Source of the DNA: Chara braunii
Taxonomy: Eukaryota; Plantae; Charophyceae
DNA length: 55,260 nucleotides
Reading direction: 5' to 3'
NCBI GenBank assembly: GCA_003427395.1
Contig: BFEA01000012.1
Span: 1,412,123-1,467,382 of the forward strand
The position numbers were made by a program, and so were the translations under genes. The notes under the pieces were generated by a model. That model did no database searches, was not told the origin of the DNA, and was given only the letters and a program-made list of their open reading frames with translations. Numbering within the stretch: the stretch's first letter is position 1; every line of letters begins with the position of its first letter. Positions 45,966-55,260 of this stretch are shown piece after piece.

Positions 45966-48735
45966 ATGGCTAGTCTGAAAAACGAAGCTAAACGAAGGAA
46001 CAGAAAAGGGGAGAGGGGGGCCCGGACGATTTGGTACCAAGGAGCTATGAGACATCGCCCCTCGGACTGGAGACCGCGGGGGGCAAAGTCCGAAAAGGAT
46101 GGTGGGTCAGGAATGATGGACACAGCCTCCTCCTCCCACTCACCGCCAGTCTCCCCCTCGCCGGCAGAACTTTTAAATGAAATGAAGCATGCACAGGACA
46201 ACCCCGAACAAACACCCTTTACTTCATGGGCTGGCAAACTTAAAAAAATGTATTCAGACCAGTCGCTGTCAGTGAGAAGGGAAGGAGAACCAGAAGACAT
46301 TTTGGAAGTACCATTAGATAACATGACGACGGCTTCAGCTTTCTTCATCGCCAAATTTCTGGCCGCTCATGAGGAAAGAATAATTAATCAGGGCGGGAGA
46401 AAGCATAGAGTCAAATCTTTTTCAGACAATGTGATTAAAGAACGAAACGATGTCTACACACGTTATGCAAGCACGTGGGTTTTTTATGATGATGCTGCCT
46501 ATAAATCTGCAAACGACAAGATAGGATGGATTAGGAAACGTCTCACAACCCTCAAAGGCTCTGAAGAGGGCGCTAGAGACTTTTTCTTAATCCAGCCAAT
46601 CTCGTCGACGGTCTTTATAGTCCTATGCATGTTTGACTCAGACAAGCGCATCATGGACTCTTGGCGAAGTATCCCCTGTGGACGCTCAGAAGTTCGGATA
46701 TTCCCGTGGGCCCCCCGAAACCGCCGAAACCAAAGGAAAAAAGGGAACAACTTATGACGGAACATTATTGGGTGGAATTTCGCCATGTACCCATTGAGAT
46801 CCAGGGAGCTTTCGTTCAGGAGCTGGCCCAGAAGTACGAGATCATCGACTTCATCGACCCCCTCCCCCCCCACGTTGCCCAGCGAGATGACTATCTCATG
46901 ATAGCCCTGGACATCCCTGATGGCCAGGTTTTCACCATTGACGACGTCATCCCCTTTCAGGTAGGAGGGAGGGACTTCCGGATTCACATAACACACAAAA
47001 CACGGCCCTGGTGCTTTAAGTGCCAGGCCTATGGGTACCTCTACTCAAACCCGGATTGCCCTCATCACCCGGCCAAACGGATCCGTTCCACAGGATGCCT
47101 ACTCCGAGATCCACTCAAAAGCACGTGGTGGAGAACGGTGGATGCAGGCCACGAAGGATGGGTTTTTGTGGACGAACCTCTGGAGGGGGGAGAGGTAAGG
47201 GGGTGGGAATGGGAAAAAGGGGACCCAGTGGAATGGAGCACAAAACCACCCGATCACTGGACCCCCCCGAAGTCAGTAGAAGCACATATGAACAAACCCC
47301 CCAACCCCCCCCCCCGGTCCCAAGACAAGATGGGAATGCAGAAAGTGGGCCGCCCCGATCACAGCCGCAGAAAGAACCTCAACCACGACCTCGGGCGGAA
47401 CCCAAGCCACAGGATTTCATTAACAAGGAAGACACCAGGGAGCTGTGGCATACCTCAGCACCAAAAAACAAGGCCCCTTCCCCAAAAAGAGTTGAACCCT
47501 TGCCCACCGACACATTGAACCGCTTTCGGGCCCTGGCGGTAGAAGAAGGAACGAAGGCTGACATCCGGGGGGAAGGGAGCGAGGGGGAAGGGAGTGGAGG
47601 CAAGGTGTACCTCAACGAAGGGAAAGGAGCCTCGGAAGGAGTAAGGTATCAACACGGGGGGCAATCCCAAGCAACTCAACAAACATCCACCGAACATCTT
47701 TCCGAGGGGGAGCGGGTGAAGGAGCCCACCCGAGAGAAGCCTAAAAGGAGGGAGATCCCCTCAGGCACGGATCCATTTGGCCAAGCTTTCGGGCCCCAAT
47801 CCATGGAGTGGGATCCAACAACCTCCCCCCCGGACGAAGAAATGGTGGACAGCGTGCCCCAAGGTTGGGGATCGCAAGGAGGCGAGGATGTCGAGCTTAG
47901 ACTTAAGAACCTCACTGAATGGCTTTTAGGCCAACTCCAGGGTCTATACACAGGCCTAACAGAGGCCTACTGGGACGATGCGTATGTGCAGTTATTTTCC
48001 TTGTTGGATGAGAGTCCCAGCCTTAAGAAGGCCCTTGAACAGGGCCTGGCCCCGGAAATGGACCGGCAACAAGTGCTAAATAGAATTTGGAACATTGTGC
48101 ACCTACAGTTCCAACCTCCCGCTACAGAAACGCACGAAAAAAACCCTCCTCCAGATATGCAACAGACCACCCCCCAAAAGGCAGCAGCGGAAGGGGCAGT
48201 TTTTAACCCCTCGAAACGTACCAAGATACGTCACCTGATTGAAAACGGATTATATCTCCAAAATCTGTCGATAAGTGACAAAGTCTTAGTGCTACCAATT
48301 AGGAAAAGGACTGGGAAGTGGGAGTTGGGCTTGTCACCCGCAGAGTCCGACGACCCATATACCCTAGCATATGGGGGAATGACACCGCTCGGGTGGCACA
48401 TGCAAGGAGAAGGTATCCTTAAAATACGGGAGGTTACCGAATTCATTGCTAATCACTACGAACCAGGAGCCCTGGCTTCCATTAGTGTATCCACAGAGGG
48501 GTTAAGGATGGCCTGCAAGAACCTCTATGTGAGATTCAAATATAATAAAGAAGCGGGGCTCCAATGGCTCACACATAATATGCTCTTGGACACCCAGCAG
48601 TTAAAATTCAAACCTTGTGACATCTGGTCCACGGACGAGTTACTCACATGCATTTGCACAATATTACGAAAGAACGTTCTAAACAAGGGGGTTGATTGGG
48701 ACACACAAGATTGGTCCCCTCTCCACGATAGATAA
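45966..48735 (+). pseudogene. LINE ORF1 (RRM/DUF4283-like, zinc-knuckle-like, long low-complexity linker, C-terminal folded domain), split by two frameshifts
   Basis: Overlapping ORFs 45966-46757, 46661-47518 and 47020-48735 appear to join at C homopolymers (~46712, ~47300). Motifs VRIFPW, YWVEFRHVP and WCFKCQAYGY..C are typical of plant L1 ORF1. Confidence 0.8.
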
Positions 48736-48778
48736 AAAAGGGGGGCTAGGGGCACACAAGTACGAATCCCGCAATCAG

Positions 48779-51700
48779 ATGGTGGATGTGATATATGGAA
48801 AAAATAGAAAATGGAGCCGTATACTGCAACAGGCCGACCTAGACATCAGATCGATCAATGTGAACGGTCTGGCATCCCGCAATCCTGAAAAAGCCAAAGC
48901 ATTATGGGATTCGATGAAGGGGGTGGGGGGGAGATCATGGCCGGAAGTGGTCTGCATACAAGAGACCCACCTCATGAATTCTCCGGAACACAATAGGGCA
49001 CATAGGCAAGTCTGACCCTTCGAAAGCTATCCAGTTTTTGCCCCTACGCCAGGGAGCTCGGGAGTAGCCATCTCGATCCAGCCCGACTCACGATGTGAGG
49101 TTAGAGCCTGGGAAAGGGACGAGGAGGAAGGACGTTGGGTCAAAATATTGGGCGCATTGGAGTTAGAAGTTGTGTGCATAATATCCCTGTACGCCCCGAA
49201 CACGTCCCGGGAAAGGCGCACCTTTTTTGAAAAAATCACACTACTCCCTGCCCCAGGTATCCCCCTAATACTCGCACGGGACTTCAATGCGGCGCCCGAC
49301 AGATGGCTGGACAGATGGAAAGTCCCTCCCTCCTCTACCCGCAACGCAGAGGAGGATGAAAGCATGTTGAACAATTTGTGTGTCTCCCTATCACTCTTTG
49401 ACACCTTCAGACGCGGTCACCCCAATGATAAATCTTTCACCTGCATTCAGAGTAAGGACCCTGCTAAGCTGTCAAAATCACGAATAGACCTGATCCTGGC
49501 GACAGAGGAACACGGAGGTGGCCTCTCGCTTACAGATATACTCCCATCTAGCCCGTTCCCGGGGATGAATGTGTATGGCGGTATGGACATTTCGTAAACG
49601 GCCGGACCAAGGGGCCAATTATTATAAACTGAACACATCCCTATTAAAGATCAAATCATTCACACAATATCTTCAGCAAACTTGGGATTATTGGAGAGAT
49701 GAACGCCCTCAACATGATTCGCAGATTGAGTGGTTCAATAATGGTCTGTTCTTTATGGCTAAGAAATGTAATGAATACTCTAAACACTTAGCTGCCCAGA
49801 GACACCAGCAAGAGGTCACAATAATGCATGACTTGGTTAATGCAGAACAAGAACAAAATCATTTATCTTCGCATGGGCAGGAGCAGAGGGTAAACGACTT
49901 ACAAACTCATATCCAATAGTTGAAAGATCAGTTTTTTAAACATGCCCAATATAGATGGCAGGGCGCCCAAACGAGGGTCAGGCTATCCCAATTCTCTAAT
50001 GAAGGGACAATGAACTCGCATTTTTTTAGCCTAGCTAAAACACGCTGCCAACGAACCACGATTGAGGCTTTGTACGAGCCTGACGTCAGGGACTCACACC
50101 CGGCTATTGTCACAGCACGATGTACTAAGATAACCTACGATTTCTATAAGAAGCTTTTCTCCTCACACCTGGATAAGTCGGATGCTCTTCGGCATAACCA
50201 ACTAATTCAGGATTTTTTAGACCCGCTTGGAAAAACCTTAACACCTCAACAACAGGTATCACTAGAGGCTCCACTTTCCAAAGATGAGATATGGTCCGCC
50301 CTTCTACAAATGAAGGAAGAGAAAGCCCACGGGGTAGATGGCTTCCCTAAGGAATTTTGAGAGACTACTTCGGACTACATGAGCCAGGACATCATGGACT
50401 TTTACAGGGAGGCCTGGCTCACGGGGGAAATGGGGGAAAGGGTGGGCCAAGGAATATTAACCCCCCTATACAAAAAGGGAGATAAGATGGACAATAGGAA
50501 TTACAGACCCATAACACTCCTTACAGTCGTGTATAAAATGTTGTCAAAAGCCCTGGCAAATCGGATGGTCCCTATAATGGAAGATATCATCCATCCTGAT
50601 CAAACGGGCTTCATGCAGAACAGGAACATACAGGAAAATATTCTCTTGATACACGAGATACTCCAGCTCACAAGACATTCTCGCCAGAACGCAGCTCTGG
50701 TGTTTATTGACTTCGAAAAAGCATACGACCATGTGGACTGGTTGTTTTTGGATAAGTGCCTGGAAAAGATGAACTTTGGACCTCACTTTAGACGTTGGAT
50801 ACGAATCCTGCATCAGAACGCCACCACATGTGTGCAAGTCAACGGATGTTTGGCGCCGCCCCTACGCTTGGAACGATCGGTTAGACAAGGGCACCCTATC
50901 GCCCCCTTTTTCTTCCTCATTATTATGGAAGCACTGGCAGCCAACCTCCGGGCAAACAAGAACATCACTAAAATCCGAGTTACAAACCAGAAGAAGCTAT
51001 CTCGGTGTGTTCCCTCTTTGCGGATGACCTTACAACTATTACAGAGGCCACACACCAAAACATGGAAGAAATTCAGAGCATGATGGAGAAATTTGCTAAC
51101 GTTTCGAATATATCTGTCAACTGGGGATCTAAAACACAAGGGTGGTGGATCCACTACCAAGGTGGGCGCCCCCCAGAAGCACCGCATATCGCCTGGATGC
51201 CGCTGGAAGCACCAATGAGAGTCTTGGGAGTGTCCATGACTGCAGAAGGGAGGCCACCCACCAATGACGAATGAATTAGCACCCCGGCACAGCACAAGTT
51301 AAATAACTGGAAAAATAAACATACCTCTCTTTTTGGTCGGGCCTTGGTTCTCAATAATGTGGTCCTCGCATCACTATGGTACAAGTCCCTGCTTTGGCCG
51401 TTGAGTAAAATTGCCCTCAAAACCCTAAAGCAAAAGGCCGCGGTTTTTTTTGTGGAGGGGAGATGGGGAGCTAACTGATGTAATCAGCAGGGTGGCCTGA
51501 GACTCCATTATTCAACCCAAGGCGAGGGGAGGATTGGGGATCTTAGACCCGACCACACAGGTGCAAACACTACAAGTCAAATGGATTAAGAAACTTATCT
51601 TCACCCCCCAAAAGCCATGGTATGCTTTGGCCCTGCAACACCTAGCACGTCTAGCTCCGACAGCCCCCGGTGTGGTCCATCCACTCACGTGGCTAGAGGA

Positions 51701-53297
51701 TCGTTTTTGGATAGTCCCACGTAAACTCCCGAGCGGAAGAATAGGAACAGAAGAAGGAGGGGGTCAATCACTAGACAGCCTGTGGCCATCTTGGCTAAAA
51801 ACTTGGCGAAAACTCCCGCTCCCAGATAGGACCCAGCCCGAGAGATTGGAGGAAGTCTATCGCCAACCCCTTTTTGGAAACCTGTGGATAACGGACATAG
51901 AGGGTCGTGTGAGGATCAGCTCGGAATCGCCTTGGAAGAACTGGGTCAAACACGGCATTCTTCGGGTTGGGGATCTCTGGGATATTGAGAGGCGAACGTG
52001 GAAGGCAAACGACCAGATGCGGGAAGCTTTACGATACTGCCATCGGGTAGAAGAATCTATGGATAACCTCATCGAAACTATTCCACTTGAATGGTATCGG
52101 ATCCTGAGGAGAGGCCCCATTTTGAAAGAAGGAGATTGGGTACGGACCCCAGAAAGTCCACAACGCCTTGGTCTTATCCAGATGGTCTCCCCCCAAATGG
52201 TTCTGATTGAACACTACATCACCACAGACATAAATGTGCTTCAGGCGAGTGACATCCCCCCGACATGGATAAATAAGGCACTGGTTAACCGTGTGAGAGT
52301 CATAGAAGAAAAGGGGCAAAAGGTGGCCTTCCAGCCAGACAAACCAATCTAGGAATTGGCCCTTGATCCGGTGGAATGGACATGGTAGACCCCTGGGAAG
52401 AGGGGGGCGCCCGAAGCAAGTCATATCAGTCTACATTCATTAACAGTCAAATCTGCATACAAAATGCTCCGACCTAAACGCTACCTAAGAGATGTAGTAA
52501 TTGAACGATGGGCCCGACACCTCAACATTGACCGTTCCCTTTTGACTCCAATTCACTGGCTCAAAGAACAAAAGCGCAAGCCAATGAAAATTACTTCACT
52601 CCAATGGCAGATAACTCACCGTTGCCTGCCAACAAACGACTGGTTAATCAATCGGACAAACCTTGAACAGAAAGGCCTACTGCTCCCGTGGTGTCAGCAC
52701 TGCTTGAATCTTTATCCCTTTCATAAGAAGGCTGAGACCATTGAGCACATTTTTATGCAGTGTCCGATTGCCCAGTTCATATGGAGATAGTGGGAACGGG
52801 TCTGGCGAAAGATGGAACATGACACTCCCTGGCCATGGTCATGGCAGGCCATTTTGGCTGGACACTGGCCTCAGGCAGACACAAGTACGGCCTTTACGGA
52901 AAATATGTATAGAGTGGGCAGGAGGGCGGTGTTGTGGGCGCTCTGGTGGCAAAGATGTACTCTAGCCATGGAGAAGGTTCGGATGGAGGTTGCGGAAATT
53001 ATAGAACAAATCCAGCAGCAATTACACCTCCAGCTCACATGTAGGTGGTTAGACACAAAAGAACAATTGGACCTCTTTAAACAGCAAGGGGACGTCAGGA
53101 GGAAGATTACGGAATTCTGTAAAGACTGGGTAGGCGGGGAAAGGGAGGGTTGGATTGCAAAAGTGGTGTGGAATGGGGATCAGGAGGGAGGAATAAGGGA
53201 CCTAGAGGAAGTAAGGGACTATAGGTTGGTTTTTAAGAACTGGACTGACATCGAGTCCTCATTCCCATTATCCCCCCCCCCACATTTCCCAGACCCC
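48779..53297 (+). pseudogene. LINE ORF2 (APE endonuclease, reverse transcriptase, zf-RVT) with multiple stops and frameshifts
   Basis: SINVNGL, CIQETH, LYAPN, DFNA, SRIDL; KAHGVDG, YKKGD..NYRPITLL, DFEKAYD, VRQGHPIAP, LFADD, GGLGI; HRCLPT, CQHC...ETIEHIFMQC. Confidence 0.96.
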
Positions 53298-54659
53298 NNN
53301 NNNNNNNNNNNNNNNNNNNNNNNNNNNNNNNNNNNNNNNNNNNNNNNNNNNNNNNNNNNNNNNNNNNNNNNNNNNNNNNNNNNNNNNNNNNNNNNNNNNN
53401 NNNNNNNNNNNNNNNNNNNNNNNNNNNNNNNNNNNNNNNNNNNNNNNNNNNNNNNNNNNNNNNNNNNNNNNNNNNNNNNNNNNNNNNNNNNNNNNNNNNN
53501 NNNNNNNNNNNNNNNNNNNNNNNNNNNNNNNNNNNNNNNNNNNNNNNNNNNNNNNNNNNNNNNNNNNNNNNNNNNNNNNNNNNNNNNNNNNNNNNNNNNN
53601 NNNNNNNNNNNNNNNNNNNNNNNNNNNNNNNNNNNNNNNNNNNNNNNNNNNNNNNNNNNNNNNNNNNNNNNNNNNNNNNNNNNNNNNNNNNNNNNNNNNN
53701 NNNNNNNNNNNNNNNNNNNNNNNNNNNNNNNNNNNNNNNNNNNNNNNNNNNNNNNNNNNNNNNNNNNNNNNNNNNNNNNNNNNNNNNNNNNNNNNNNNNN
53801 NNNNNNNNNNNNNNNNNNNNNNNNNNNNNNNNNNNNNNNNNNNNNNNNNNNNNNNNNNNNNNNNNNNNNNNNNNNNNNNNNNNNNNNNNNNNNNNNNNNN
53901 NNNNNNNNNNNNNNNNNNNNNNNNNNNNNNNNNNNNNNNNNNNNNNNNNNNNNNNNNNNNNNNNNNNNNNNNNNNNNNNNNNNNNNNNNNNNNNNNNNNN
54001 NNNNNNNNNNNNNNNNNNNNNNNNNNNNNNNNNNNNNNNNNNNNNNNNNNNNNNNNNNNNNNNNNNNNNNNNNNNNNNAAAACACTGTCCGGGCAGATGC
54101 TAGGAGTGCTGATACCTGGAGGGCTCCGTCTATTGGTGGGGAGCGGCACCTGCTGGAAAACGGGTCCAGCGTCCCACAGATACAACTTTGCAGTGGAATG
54201 AATGTTTGGGCACGCCATAGTGCCCCCAAAATTGCCCTTCTTGAACTTCTTCCAAGTATGAAAATGTTGTGAGCAAATGAATCTCGTTGCGGAGGACAGC
54301 AGGTTTCACACAGTAGCCGCTCCCCACCAATAGATGGAGCCTCTCCCCAGGTGTTAGTGGTGGCTGCTTATACCAGCATCACTAACACTGGAGGGGGTGT
54401 TTCACACAGTAGCGCCATCCAAGTACGTCGTTGGATTAGAATCCTTAGGAAAGGTTCGGCGGTACATGTAAGGGGGACTGGGTTGCTTTCAAGGACAACC
54501 CCAATCAGATTGGAAATGTGGTGTTGAAGCATTGAGATAGAGGGGGTTCCTTTTTAACCTTGTTTTCACTAGGACGGAACAACATTTTACAAAAAAAAAA
54601 GAAAAAAAATGGGTTTCACACAGTAGCACCATGATCGCCATCCAAGTACGTCGTTGACT

Positions 54660-55240
54660 CCAGATCCTATACCTCACCTCTCCATAGCCAGACGGCACCT
54701 GGACATTGAAGAAAGATATGCTCAATAGTCTCAAAGACTCTCAATTGACACTCTAATATGTTCCGTGAATGGAATGCAGGAGAGCACAATTTGCCCATCA
54801 TGGTGAGGGGCTAAGGCCTTCCGCGCCAGAGAGGTGCGGTCAATGATCCAGTCATTGGTGGGTAAATTGAATTCATCATCTCCAATTTTCCTTTTTTCTT
54901 CCACTTCATGTTTCGAACAAATGAATCGAGTTTGCAGCCCTGTTTCAACCACCACCATGTTATCTTGTATTGGTCAACCGGCCATCGTAAGGTAAAAAAA
55001 AAAATAATAATAATAATAAAAAAATAAAAGGAAGCAATCTTGGTCGGGCGGTTTGGATTCGATCATTTTGAACCATTAGATAGGTTCAAGGAGGAATTAT
55101 TTACTTACATTCAGTTGACGCATCCATCTAGCCTCCACTTTATCTCTTAGAATTACTTCAGGTCTCAATATACTAAAAGTAGATTTTACCAACAGAGTGG
55201 GAAGGAATGGGGTATATCTGTGTCCTCTGCCACCTGCAAC
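54660..55240 (-). mobile_element. Third, decayed LINE ORF2 3' fragment (zf-RVT region)
   Basis: Minus-strand peptides KSTFSILRP, EARWMRQLNV, RPTKIAS, LPTNDWIIDRT and ETIEHIFLQCPGAVWLWR match the 52.4-52.8 kb region. Confidence 0.85.
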
Positions 55241-55260
55241 AAAGCAGGTCCTTTTTTTTT

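Larger units (their letters stand above)
44297..53297 (+). mobile_element. Near full-length L1/Tx1-type LINE (~9 kb; 3' end in gap), inactivated
   Basis: ~1.65-kb C-rich repetitive 5' region, then ORF1 and ORF2 in canonical order. 5' boundary approximate. Confidence 0.93.

Overview
Eukaryotic, repeat-rich nuclear DNA from a draft assembly with N gaps and Nextera mate-pair junction adapters. The plant-type U6, plant-type UXS and huge TE-filled introns suggest a streptophyte, possibly a charophyte such as Chara; this is inference only. The one clear host gene is a + strand UDP-glucuronic acid decarboxylase / UDP-xylose synthase (UXS). Eleven small GT-AG exons from 3543 to 35233 splice in frame, the N-terminal exon(s) appear to lie upstream of the window, and a possible 2-codon last exon sits at 37346. 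The introns hold a decayed minus-strand L1/Tx1-type LINE with a nested MITE and a ~0.9 kb trinucleotide tract, a solo LTR with a 4-bp TSD, tRNA-derived SINE heads, a mitochondrial-type rps7 fragment, GC-rich dispersed repeats, hairpins and tandem arrays, and four U6 snRNA-derived copies, one a textbook polyA/TSD retrocopy. Downstream (44.3-53.3 kb) is a near full-length but stop-disrupted LINE of the same family. It has a very long ORF1, possible extra domains, and a 5' end that folds like an HDV-type double pseudoknot. A third LINE fragment ends the window. Most ORFs in the supplied track are spurious (microsatellites, N runs, antisense frames).
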